64,000 bases of DNA, taken from positions 39,444 through 103,443 of IMG/VR virus record IMGVR_UViG_3300031722_000011. One strand, given 5' to 3'. The notes under the pieces are model-generated. The model saw only the letters and a list, made by a program, of their open reading frames with translations. It was not told the DNA's origin and did no database searches. Source of the DNA: a virus. Position numbers and translations under genes: made by a program. Below, one piece after another: positions 28,828-38,818 of the stretch. Position 1 is the stretch's first letter. Each line of letters opens with the position of its first letter.

Positions 28828-30474
28828 ATGGCAATAACTATGACGGATAATGAAGCAATAAAGTGGTCTAGTTTTACTACAGATGATAATTTAACAATGG
28901 ACGATTTTATTGTATTTCAAGATATAGATAAAGCACATTCAGATATGATAGATAGATATTATGTATTAAAAAATAAGACATACACAACTGATGCAGAAAA
29001 AGCAGAAATGACAACTTTATTAACTAACTTACAAGAATATATGCCTACAAGCGAGACTTGGAATAAATTATGTGCATGTATAAGGACTATGCAAATGTAT
29101 ATGAGAGATGGAGTAGTAGTTTTCTACGAACAAAAACAACAAGAGTTTGAAAATTTACTTAAACAGTATAAAGATCGTGGTGATTGGAATTCAACTACAA
29201 CATTTGTTTTAGGTAATCTAGTAAAACATAATGGATATGGGTTTATGAGTATATATGATGGAAATAATTTAAATCATGAACCAAATGAAAATATATCTAG
29301 TGATACATATTGGACAAGATTTACCATCAAGGGAGATAAAGGAGATCCTAGTTTAAATATAAATTATAAAGGTGAATATTCATCAACTACTACTTATGCA
29401 ATAGGAGACGCTTGTAGTTACAATCAAATAATGTATTATGCCAAACAAAACGGAACAATAGGAATATTACCAACAGATAATACAAAATGGACATATATTG
29501 ATAAATTTGTTGTTAGTGCAACTCAACCAACAGATACTCATATGATATGGTGGGATACTACTATTAATAAATTAAAAAGATATAATGGTACTGATTGGGT
29601 AGTTCCAACAAATAATGCTAGTGATATATCAATAACTGACAGTGCTAACTATTTTACAAGTGGAAATGTTGAAGGTGCTTTATCAGAAGTAATGAATAAA
29701 GTAAATAATATTGATTTGACTGCTAGTAAAGTTGCAGTTGTTGATACTGCTAATTTATATAGTGGAAGTACTGCTGAAACATGTTTAGCTGAGGTGATGA
29801 CTAAAGCAAATTCAGCTTCTAGCAAGGCTGATACTGCACAATCTCAAGCAAATATAGCAACAAGTAAAGCTGACACAGCACAAGCAAGGGCAGATTCGGC
29901 TTTTACGTATGCCAATAACGGGAAAACTAGTGTTGCTGGTGTTGTTGGTAATTTATCAAGCAGTAACACATTTGCTGAAATCACAAATGAAATTCAATAT
30001 GATAAGAATATTTTAGCTGGTAATTTAGGGAATAAAGGTATTAGTGCTAGTAGTGGAGATACATTGAGAAATTTAGCTGGATTAGTAAATAATATAACTG
30101 TACAAAGTATGGGTGGAACTAATTATGCAAGTGGTGCAATTACATTAGAGTGTTCTGATACTTCAAATATTAACTGGGTTAATAATAATTTAACAATTAC
30201 TCTTCCTAATCTATCATTTACTCCAAAAGTATATTATGTAATCGCATACCCAAATAATAACACTACTCAATTTTATACTTATACTGCAATTAATATGACT
30301 GAAAGACCGGGATGGCGTGTTTTCCGTGGAAGTCATTATAATACAGCTACAATAACGTCAGCTTCGATTACCTTGCCAACCATTATAGTTGGAACAGATA
30401 CTAGTGGTGCAGTACAGTCTGCGTGGACTTACAACGGTACTAGTAAGACGGTGTGCTGGTATGCATACGCTTAA
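28828..30474 (+). CDS. Tail fibre / receptor-binding protein
   Basis: KGDKGD, carbohydrate-binding-like repeats (GDWNSTTTF, GEYSSTTTYAIGD), GNVEGALSE and AFTYANNGK motifs, C-terminal WYAYA. Confidence 0.75.
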   Translation: MAITMTDNEAIKWSSFTTDDNLTMDDFIVFQDIDKAHSDMIDRYYVLKNKTYTTDAEKAEMTTLLTNLQEYMPTSETWNKLCACIRTMQMYMRDGVVVFYEQKQQEFENLLKQYKDRGDWNSTTTFVLGNLVKHNGYGFMSIYDGNNLNHEPNENISSDTYWTRFTIKGDKGDPSLNINYKGEYSSTTTYAIGDACSYNQIMYYAKQNGTIGILPTDNTKWTYIDKFVVSATQPTDTHMIWWDTTINKLKRYNGTDWVVPTNNASDISITDSANYFTSGNVEGALSEVMNKVNNIDLTASKVAVVDTANLYSGSTAETCLAEVMTKANSASSKADTAQSQANIATSKADTAQARADSAFTYANNGKTSVAGVVGNLSSSNTFAEITNEIQYDKNILAGNLGNKGISASSGDTLRNLAGLVNNITVQSMGGTNYASGAITLECSDTSNINWVNNNLTITLPNLSFTPKVYYVIAYPNNNTTQFYTYTAINMTERPGWRVFRGSHYNTATITSASITLPTIIVGTDTSGAVQSAWTYNGTSKTVCWYAYA

Positions 30475-30503
30475 TAAATTAAAATAAGTGAGGTGATAAT
30501 ATA

Positions 30504-31421
30504 ATGTTTATTACAAGAAAAGGATTCGGAAATGGAGAACCTTTCATTGGTAATTGTCACACTTCTAAAAAAGTATCTTCACTAATGGTATCCAATAGTA
30601 TATCTGATGAACTCAAAATAGATGAAACTTTGGATAGTACAAATTCAATAGCTAAAGAAGATTGGGGAATTGATACTGCATTTGATTGGAAAGCATTAAA
30701 TACACTTGAAGCAGGAAATGTTAGTGGTTCAGGTTCAAAAATACAAAAGATAAGATTTAAACGTAGAAAAGTTGGAGAATTGAAATGGGAAACTATGATA
30801 GATATAAACTATGACTTAAATATAGAAAATTATGATTTATTAGATTATCTCATTGAAAATAGTACATTGTATGAATACGCATTAGTTCCTATATTGCAAG
30901 GTTTTGAAGGTGTGGGAGTTACAAAAACAATAACAACAGAATATTTCTCAATGTTTTTAACTGGAAGAGATACAATTGGTGAGCTGAAGAATTACCCGTT
31001 AAGATTTGATTTAAAAACAAGCGAAATAAAATTAAATGAAGACAAAGTTTATCAAAAGACATTATCTTCAAAATTTCCTGCATTATTGTGTGGTGAAAGT
31101 AAATATTTAACAGGAAATATAAATGTAAAAATAATTTCACCTACAACTGAGAATGATAATGGAAAGGTAGATATAAAAGCTGAAAAAGTATATAGGGAGG
31201 CATTTGAGTCATTTATACATAGTGGAAAACCGATTTTAATACGGAATCACAGTTTATACATATTAGGCACTATTGGAGAGCCAAGTAAAAATCCTTCATT
31301 TGACGAGGAAACAGGATTTTCTATATATGACTATTCACTTTCTTTCACCGAGTGTGGTGATGCTAAAGATATGAACACATTACAAAACAACGGATTAACT
31401 TATGATATTAACTTAAATTAA
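30504..31421 (+). CDS. Tail/baseplate structural protein
   Basis: YEYALVP FN3-like segment and Dit-like C-half; synteny. Confidence 0.55.
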   Translation: MFITRKGFGNGEPFIGNCHTSKKVSSLMVSNSISDELKIDETLDSTNSIAKEDWGIDTAFDWKALNTLEAGNVSGSGSKIQKIRFKRRKVGELKWETMIDINYDLNIENYDLLDYLIENSTLYEYALVPILQGFEGVGVTKTITTEYFSMFLTGRDTIGELKNYPLRFDLKTSEIKLNEDKVYQKTLSSKFPALLCGESKYLTGNINVKIISPTTENDNGKVDIKAEKVYREAFESFIHSGKPILIRNHSLYILGTIGEPSKNPSFDEETGFSIYDYSLSFTECGDAKDMNTLQNNGLTYDINLN

Positions 31422-31438
31422 ATAAATTATAAACGAAG

Positions 31439-32917
31439 GTGATGAAAAAATTGAATACATTGAGAAAAATAAATTTAAAAGATGGCGAAGTATTGCACTC
31501 ATCAACTTTTGATATAATAAATGAAAATTTTGAATCAATGATAAATACTATCAACAACAGTTATTTATCTAATATTTCATTAGAATCAGAAATAATATGG
31601 AAAAATCAATCAAATGGCAAAGAGCCTATATACTCAAGTCCAATACTAAAAACATTATCAACAGGAGTTAAAGCCTTAATATACACTAGTTGGGACTGGT
31701 ATATTTATTGTAGAAATGCAAATACAGGTGAACTCATTTGGCGTTATGCTACAGGTGATGTCTGTTATGGACGTTGCCAAGCCGAAGATGTAAATAATGA
31801 TGGTAAAATAGAGATATTTGGAGCTTCACATGATGGTACTATTTACTGTTTAAGTGAAAGTGGTACTCTACTTTGGTCATTTAAAAACCTTTACGATAGA
31901 GAAGGAATTGGTGAAGTTAAAACTGCTGGAAGTTATTTTTTAGAAGACACAACTAAATCGTGGGTAGCTAATTCATTTATACGAGGAGTTCAAGGACTCA
32001 ACGCAAGTGTTCAAATAACAAGTGGAACTGGTAATGGTCAAATATTAGAGATATCTGGAGTTGAATCAAATAAATTATGGTTCTATGACAATTGGACAAC
32101 TGTTCCCGACAGTACAAGTACGTATAAAATTATACCCAAGTATACAAGCGATATAAATTATCAACATTGTGGAACATTGAGTGAAGAAGATACAGTTTAC
32201 TATCTATATATAACTGGATTTGACGGACAATTAGTTAAAATTAAAGCTAGTGATGGACGTTTAATATTTAAAAAGTCTATCCTTGAAGGTATCGAACCTT
32301 ACCCTATAGTTTTAGATGTAAATAATGATGGTATTTTAGAAGTTTTAATTAACTGTTTAGATAAACATGTATATTGCTTAAAAGCTACTGATGGTTCGGT
32401 TGTATGGTCTACCTCTTTTGTTGAGGGTAATGACAGTTTCTTATCTGTAAAAGATATTGATAATGACGGTATTTTAGAAGTATTAGTATCTAGTAGGGAT
32501 AATAGAGTTTACATACTAAATGGAAATACAGGAGTGGTAAAAAATTATACCAAGGATGTAGGTGGAGATATAGATTGTCGTCCGTTAGTTGAAAATTCAT
32601 TAGATGGTTTTGTATGTGGAAGTGATACTGGTTATATTTGTGGATATGATAAGACTGGTGAATGTGAATGGGTTTACAAAGCTATGGATTCTACTAATAC
32701 AAGTATGATATCAGCAATATTAAATGAAAGTTTGATATTAATTCAAGGAGATCAGATTGGAGGTCTTCATTTCTTAAATGTAAATGGAAAACTCATAAAA
32801 CAAATGTGTATTCGAGGTGGAATAGAAGGAACGCCATGTATAGAGCAATATGATAGGTATTTTATCTTATATATTACAACAATTGAAGGATGGACATATG
32901 CAATTAAAATATCATAA
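31439..32917 (+). CDS. PQQ-like/FG-GAP beta-propeller protein
   Basis: Repeats DVNNDG(K/I)(I/L)E and TGELIWRY / DGSVVWS. Confidence 0.75.
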   Translation: MMKKLNTLRKINLKDGEVLHSSTFDIINENFESMINTINNSYLSNISLESEIIWKNQSNGKEPIYSSPILKTLSTGVKALIYTSWDWYIYCRNANTGELIWRYATGDVCYGRCQAEDVNNDGKIEIFGASHDGTIYCLSESGTLLWSFKNLYDREGIGEVKTAGSYFLEDTTKSWVANSFIRGVQGLNASVQITSGTGNGQILEISGVESNKLWFYDNWTTVPDSTSTYKIIPKYTSDINYQHCGTLSEEDTVYYLYITGFDGQLVKIKASDGRLIFKKSILEGIEPYPIVLDVNNDGILEVLINCLDKHVYCLKATDGSVVWSTSFVEGNDSFLSVKDIDNDGILEVLVSSRDNRVYILNGNTGVVKNYTKDVGGDIDCRPLVENSLDGFVCGSDTGYICGYDKTGECEWVYKAMDSTNTSMISAILNESLILIQGDQIGGLHFLNVNGKLIKQMCIRGGIEGTPCIEQYDRYFILYITTIEGWTYAIKIS

Positions 32918-33012
32918 AAATAATAAATTATATTATTACGTAAATAAAAGACTTAGAGAAATCTAGGTCTTTTATTATATAAAAAATAAAATATGAAAGG
33001 AATGATTTAATT

Positions 33013-34515
33013 ATGTCAGATATAATTTTAGACCAATTAAATTTAAAGACGGGGGACATAGTAACACAAGCAGTTATAGATACTATTGATGAAAATACAA
33101 CTAAAACTCAAGATGCAATTAATTCAAATTCAGATAAACTTGGAGATTTAACTGGAAATGGATTAACAGAAACAGATTTAGCGACTGCAATTAAAAATGA
33201 CCGTTCACAATTGTCCAAAAATGTGCAACAAATAAGGACTACTCAAAATAATCCTACTAATTATAGTGGTGCGATAGTTACATTTATTGATGATGATGCA
33301 ACTTGGCTTTACCCCCAATGGTGGGATTCTATTTTATCCAATAAAAATATTAATATAACTTTAGCTACCATAACTAGTAAAGTTGGTACTGGTGGGTATA
33401 TGACTTTACAACAATTAAAAGATAGACAAGCACAAGGTAATGATATAGTTTCACATTCTGAAACACATTCTGACTTTGGAACATTAACTCCAACACAGGC
33501 TGATACAGAATGCAAAAACTCACAACAATGGCTAAAAGATAACAACTTTGATGGATATGATACTTTTGTATATCCTGGTGGTTTGTTATCAACCAATGTT
33601 GCACTTAAAAATGTAACAAGAAAATATTATACGCATGGTGTTGCTACATGGGATGCTGATAATATACATGTAAATACTATGCCAGTAGACAACTGGGCAT
33701 TAAAAAGAATATTTATTGCTACCAACACATTAGACCAATTAAAATTGGCAGTTGACAATGCTAATGCTAATAATCAATGGCTTATAGTATTATCACATTC
33801 AGCAGACTTTGTTCAAGCAGATTCAGACAAAATAAGCAGTTTTATAGATTATGTAAAAGGTAAAAATATACCTATATTAAAATTTAGCGAAGCTGTAAAA
33901 TACAAAGGAAATGCGGTAGCTTTAGGAGAATATACAGATTCTAGTAGTACATTTATAGGTATTAACGGTTCAATTAAATCACCAATTAAAGTGCCTATGT
34001 CAGTTAATAGCGCTACTGCTTCAAATTCAATGGATGCAGTTATTAGTACTTACCCAAAAGATGTATTTACAACAAAAGTTTTAGATGGTGATACTGATAC
34101 TTGCATTCACAATGGTGGTATCATGACTGTCTTTAGAAGTTCGGCACATGATTTATATACACGTGCTTTATTTTATCCATATCAATATAATAGGGTGTAT
34201 TCAAGACGTTGGGATTTTACTAATTTAGTATGGCTACCTTGGGAAAGGGTTGATAAAACAGATATAGCGTTAACAGTTGATGCAGGAAATATATTAAATC
34301 AACCTATAACTTACTTTGAAAAAAGAATGGTATATATGACACCTGTGTCTAATAGTATTAATGCACCTGATGGTTCAACAGGAGGAGTTTTAAATACATA
34401 TAGAATGGTAGACGATACTTATTCTTATCAAATTTATAAATTCTTTAATGCAAAAACTACTTATCATAGAAGATGGGCAACAAGTGCTTGGAGTGCTTGG
34501 GAATTAGTATCTTAA
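33013..34515 (+). CDS. Virion protein with polysaccharide deacetylase (CE4/NodB) domain and C-terminal knob-like repeats
   Basis: TFIDDDA, SHSETH, FVYPGG and LSH motifs; C-terminal YSRRW...WLPWE and YHRRW...WSAWE. Confidence 0.8.
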   Translation: MSDIILDQLNLKTGDIVTQAVIDTIDENTTKTQDAINSNSDKLGDLTGNGLTETDLATAIKNDRSQLSKNVQQIRTTQNNPTNYSGAIVTFIDDDATWLYPQWWDSILSNKNINITLATITSKVGTGGYMTLQQLKDRQAQGNDIVSHSETHSDFGTLTPTQADTECKNSQQWLKDNNFDGYDTFVYPGGLLSTNVALKNVTRKYYTHGVATWDADNIHVNTMPVDNWALKRIFIATNTLDQLKLAVDNANANNQWLIVLSHSADFVQADSDKISSFIDYVKGKNIPILKFSEAVKYKGNAVALGEYTDSSSTFIGINGSIKSPIKVPMSVNSATASNSMDAVISTYPKDVFTTKVLDGDTDTCIHNGGIMTVFRSSAHDLYTRALFYPYQYNRVYSRRWDFTNLVWLPWERVDKTDIALTVDAGNILNQPITYFEKRMVYMTPVSNSINAPDGSTGGVLNTYRMVDDTYSYQIYKFFNAKTTYHRRWATSAWSAWELVS

Positions 34516-34516
34516 A

Positions 34517-34545
34517 TTGTAATATACCCCACTATTATGTATAAT
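34517..34545 (+). promoter_or_regulatory. SigA promoter of the SGNH esterase moron
   Basis: TTGTAA-17-TATAAT immediately after the upstream stop codon. Confidence 0.8.
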
Positions 34546-34560
34546 ATATAGGGTTAGGGG

Positions 34561-35274
34561 ATGATTATATTGAAAAAAAATAACAAAAACATATTAACAG
34601 TATCATTAGTTTTAAATTTAATAGGTATATTAATTCTAGGAGTCGTATCTTATAAATATATGAATCTTAGAAAAGAATATCATTCATTGGATGGAGTAAG
34701 GGCAAGTATAATAAATTCGGGTTCAAATGCATTGGACAAGCAAGAGCACGGGAAAATTGTTTTTTTAGGTGATAGTTTAACAGAATTTTGTCAATGGAAT
34801 GAATTACTCAAAAATAATGATGTAGTAAATAGAGGTGTTGGAGGAGATACTACAAAAAACGTTTTAATTAGACTTGATTCTATATTACAATCAAAGCCTA
34901 AAAAAATACTAATAATGATTGGTATAAATGATATTATGACAGGGGCGGATATAACTGTTATTTTAGATAATTATAACAAAATTATAAATTCCATCAAAGA
35001 AAAAACACCCGATACTAAAATTATAATACAAAACATATTACCTATTACTAACATAAGTAATCATGAATCGAAAAACATTTATATAAAGGAAATAAATCAA
35101 TCAATATCTAAAATAGCTAAAGATAATAATATTGAATATATAGATATTAATGAAAAACTTATAGCTAAAGATGGGCAACTCAATAAGGACTTTACAATTG
35201 ATGGAATACATTTAAATGCACAAGGTTACGATATTTGGAAACAAACAATTGAAAGATATGTTAATACACAATAG
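34561..35274 (+). CDS. Membrane-anchored GDSL/SGNH esterase
   Basis: N-terminal TM helix; GDSLT, NRGVGG, GIND and DGIH catalytic blocks. Confidence 0.9.
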   Translation: MIILKKNNKNILTVSLVLNLIGILILGVVSYKYMNLRKEYHSLDGVRASIINSGSNALDKQEHGKIVFLGDSLTEFCQWNELLKNNDVVNRGVGGDTTKNVLIRLDSILQSKPKKILIMIGINDIMTGADITVILDNYNKIINSIKEKTPDTKIIIQNILPITNISNHESKNIYIKEINQSISKIAKDNNIEYIDINEKLIAKDGQLNKDFTIDGIHLNAQGYDIWKQTIERYVNTQ

Positions 35275-35690
35275 GAAAAAATGGTGTAGAAAACAATAAA
35301 ATTGGAATTAAAATTTAATAGGTATAGGTTAGAGATTTGGAGTATTTGCTAAATCTCTTTTTTATGTCAGAAATAAAACATATAAGTAAGAACTCAATCA
35401 AATGGACTTTTTACTTGGAGTTAGTAGTTTTATTAAAATAACCATTTTAAAACAAAATATGATTTTAAGAATGGGGCTATGACTAGGTTTTAAAATTAGA
35501 ATAATCTTTAAAAATCAATAATACTAAAGAGACAATAATTTTATTATGTAACATAACATAGTGAAATTTAATTAATTCGTAATTTATCTATAACTCAAAA
35601 TTAATAGAAACAGTAATTCTAAAGGTTTGGTTGAAACATATCAAGCCTTTTTATATGCAAAAATTAAAATATGAAGGGAAGTAATAAATA

Positions 35691-36716
35691 ATGGGTAATA
35701 TCAAAGGGATAGATATAAGTAATAATGATGGTGCAGTAGATTTTAGTAAAGTTTTAAATGATGAAATAGAATATATTTATGTTAAAGCTACTGAAGGTCA
35801 GTCATTTAAAGATTCTTATATGGATACTTTTTATAATGATGCTAAATCACATGGATTAAAATTAGGTGCTTATCATTTTTTAGTTGGCACAAGTTCTCCA
35901 GAAGCACAAGCAAAGAATTTCTATCAAAAAATTAAAGATTATGAATGGGACTTAGTACCTATGATGGATATAGAAACAAATTTTGATGGACTATCTGACT
36001 ATGTAATTAGATTTATTAATGCTTTTAAACAATTAAGTCCATTACAATTAGGTATATACTCTTATACAAGTTTTATAGAATATATTAGTGATATTCAAGA
36101 TACTATAAAAGATATGCCATTTTGGGAAGCTAATTATAATAATGACCCTTGGAGTTTAAATGAGACTTTCTTTACTAATAGAATAGGACATCAATATACT
36201 GAAACCGGTAGAATAAGTGGTGTAAATTGCAATTGTGATGTCAATGTATTTACTGAAGGAGTTCTATTGGATAATGATACTATCAAAGGAGAATGGATAG
36301 AAAAAGATTCTAATTGGTGGTATAAGCATAATGATGGTACTTATACATCTAATGGTTGGGAAAAGATTGAGGACAAATGGTATTATTTTAATGACTCAGG
36401 GTGGATGGTCTATGATTGGAAAAAGGACGGGAATAATTGGTATTACTTAGGTGATGCTAATGATGGTTCTGCTAAAATTGGCTGGTTACTAAAGGATAAT
36501 AAATGGTACTATTTCGACACAGACGGATCAATGCAAACAGGGTGGCAAAAAATAAATGATAACTGGTTTTATCTAGACAAATCGGGAGTTATGGCGACTG
36601 GTTGGGTTAATGTAGATAACAAAGATTATTGTTTATATTCTACTGGTCAAATGGTTCATGATTGTGATTATATCGGATATCATTTTGCACGTGATGGAGT
36701 AGCTACCAAATTATAA
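35691..36716 (+). CDS. Endolysin, GH25 muramidase with choline-binding repeats
   Basis: GIDISN, KATEG, GAYHF and DIE motifs; repeats W...KWYYF...G.M. Confidence 0.95.
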   Translation: MGNIKGIDISNNDGAVDFSKVLNDEIEYIYVKATEGQSFKDSYMDTFYNDAKSHGLKLGAYHFLVGTSSPEAQAKNFYQKIKDYEWDLVPMMDIETNFDGLSDYVIRFINAFKQLSPLQLGIYSYTSFIEYISDIQDTIKDMPFWEANYNNDPWSLNETFFTNRIGHQYTETGRISGVNCNCDVNVFTEGVLLDNDTIKGEWIEKDSNWWYKHNDGTYTSNGWEKIEDKWYYFNDSGWMVYDWKKDGNNWYYLGDANDGSAKIGWLLKDNKWYYFDTDGSMQTGWQKINDNWFYLDKSGVMATGWVNVDNKDYCLYSTGQMVHDCDYIGYHFARDGVATKL

Positions 36717-36740
36717 ATAAAAACAAAGGAGAGTGATAAA

Positions 36741-36929
36741 ATGTCAAATACCAAAGATTATTATTGCAAGGATAAAGAATGTGGTCACAAACTAATTAAA
36801 TATAGAGATGTTTATATTTGTATGGAATGTAAAAGTGCATATCAATTAATAGACAATTCAGAGAAATTAATTATAGGTGATATTGTTATCACTCTAGGGA
36901 AATTAGAATTATTAGTAAAAATAAATTAA
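36741..36929 (+). CDS. Small zinc-ribbon protein
   Basis: CxxxxC...CxxC; strong RBS. Confidence 0.6.
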   Translation: MSNTKDYYCKDKECGHKLIKYRDVYICMECKSAYQLIDNSEKLIIGDIVITLGKLELLVKIN

Positions 36930-36953
36930 ATAAAATGAAAGAAGGAATATAAA

Positions 36954-37631
36954 ATGGATATTAATCAAATCTCAGGTATTGCAATGCCAATTATTTTAGG
37001 AGGAGCAGTATATCTAGTAAAAAAACTTATAGTTCCAATTGGAGATGTAGTTATTGATTATTTAGTAGAAAAGAAAACTACTTTAGGAATTACTAAGCAA
37101 TTAGCACAACATCAAGATGAACTATTAACTGCTAAATCTGTATGGGGAATAGTTGAAGAAAAATATAGAATTACTGAAAAAGTAGAAGACTTATTAGTTT
37201 CCAAGTCACAAATATTTGATGAATTATTATTGAAAAAAATACCTTATTTAACTCAAGAAAATCTTGATGATTTAAGGCAATCAATAGCTGGAGAATTTAA
37301 TAAAGGAAAACAAGCAGTAATTACAGATGATACATTAAAAGCTTCTCAAATTGAATTGACTAATACTAATGCTTCACTTACTGATACAAATTCTACTTTA
37401 CAAGCTACTAATGAACAATTACAAGCAGAAAAAGATATATTGCAATCAAAGTTAGATTCGATTACTAGTGCTTTGAACCCAATAATAACTCCTGTTGCAG
37501 ATACTACTATTCAACCAGTAGTAGATAATATTATTCCAGCAACTCAAGAAATTGTACAACCTGTAGTTACAAATGATGTAGTAGATAATAGTGCTTTAGG
37601 AACTGTTGTTGGAACTATTATACAACAATAA
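36954..37631 (+). CDS. Holin-like protein (single N-terminal TM, coiled coil)
   Basis: One TM helix, next to the endolysin; LL-H-like layout. Confidence 0.55.
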   Translation: MDINQISGIAMPIILGGAVYLVKKLIVPIGDVVIDYLVEKKTTLGITKQLAQHQDELLTAKSVWGIVEEKYRITEKVEDLLVSKSQIFDELLLKKIPYLTQENLDDLRQSIAGEFNKGKQAVITDDTLKASQIELTNTNASLTDTNSTLQATNEQLQAEKDILQSKLDSITSALNPIITPVADTTIQPVVDNIIPATQEIVQPVVTNDVVDNSALGTVVGTIIQQ

Positions 37632-37865
37632 TAAAATATATAAAATACCACATAGAATTAAGATTTTACCGTAAGTTATGGTTTTAAGAATAAGGCTATA
37701 GGCTAGGTGTAGAATTTGAATAATTAGACTAGGGATTAATTTCTCTGGTCTTTTTTGTTATGTAGAGATTTATTTTCATAAAGCTTATCAGATATTGGTG
37801 GGTTTTAAAAAATAAAATATAAACAATAATATTGACAATGATACCCTAATAAGGTATTATTATAT

Positions 37866-37939
37866 TAGAAACTAGATAAGGAAGTCATGAGCCTTATTGA
37901 AAAGGAGATTTTGTTAACCGTCTCCGAGTTTCTATTTTT
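37866..37939 (+). ncRNA. Cloverleaf-like structured leader RNA upstream of a GIY-YIG gene
   Basis: Outer stem TAGAAACT/AGTTTCTA plus T5, two inner hairpins, promoter TTGACA(37832)-17-TATTAT. Confidence 0.65.
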
Positions 37940-37983
37940 ATACAATGGTTAACAAATAAATTTAAAAAGTGAGGTTAACGAAA

Positions 37984-38742
37984 ATGAACATTAACAAATT
38001 AGAAACAGGAATGGTACTAAAAAGTTATAGAGAGTTATGTAAGGTTTTGGATTGGGAAATTGCAAGTGGCAACGCAAAAAAGAAACAACTAAGAATACTT
38101 AGAGAATTGTGTAAATATGAAAAGCGAGGGAATACTTTCATTATAAAAGAAATATATGATGTTAAGAATGTATGTTTGGATATGAGAGGAAAAGCCATTG
38201 GAATAGATAGTAATAGTTGGAAAGAATATGAGCAACTTAAAATTTCTTATGAGGAAAGAGATAATATAGGAATTTACTATATTATAAAAGACAAGGATGT
38301 TTATATTGGTTCTACTACATGGGGATTCAGAAATAGATTTTTACAACATTATCATGGATATGACGAATTAATGAAACATACCTATGAACTATTACAAGAT
38401 AGTGGTGAATTTTATATACTTCATGATATGACAGGTATAGAAGATGAAGTATTGATAAGGCAAGTGGAAGATAAATATATACAATATTTTAAAAATAATA
38501 CTGATTATAATGTTATTAATAAAAAAGAAAATGCCTACAGTTTAACAGAAAAGAAGATAAAAAATAAAAAGATAAAATACAGAATACTTAAACTAAAAAT
38601 TAAAGAAGATAAATATGAACAAGCTATGCAGTTATTAATTAACAATGGATTATTAGATTTAGAAGAAGAAAATACTCCTACTAATAATTATATTTTAAAT
38701 GGTATGCTTGGAAATTTTGATATAAACAATATACCATTTTAG
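37984..38742 (+). CDS. GIY-YIG domain protein with N-terminal putative DNA-binding domain
   Basis: GIYYIIKDKDVYIGST...FRNRFLQH...E...N. The N-terminal ~60 aa is paralogous to the next ORF. Confidence 0.75.
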   Translation: MNINKLETGMVLKSYRELCKVLDWEIASGNAKKKQLRILRELCKYEKRGNTFIIKEIYDVKNVCLDMRGKAIGIDSNSWKEYEQLKISYEERDNIGIYYIIKDKDVYIGSTTWGFRNRFLQHYHGYDELMKHTYELLQDSGEFYILHDMTGIEDEVLIRQVEDKYIQYFKNNTDYNVINKKENAYSLTEKKIKNKKIKYRILKLKIKEDKYEQAMQLLINNGLLDLEEENTPTNNYILNGMLGNFDINNIPF

Positions 38743-38818
38743 AAAATTAAATAAGCAAGATTAAGAGATTAGATTTAATTCTAGTCTCTTTTTTGATGTG
38801 GAAAATTATTAGAAGGAG

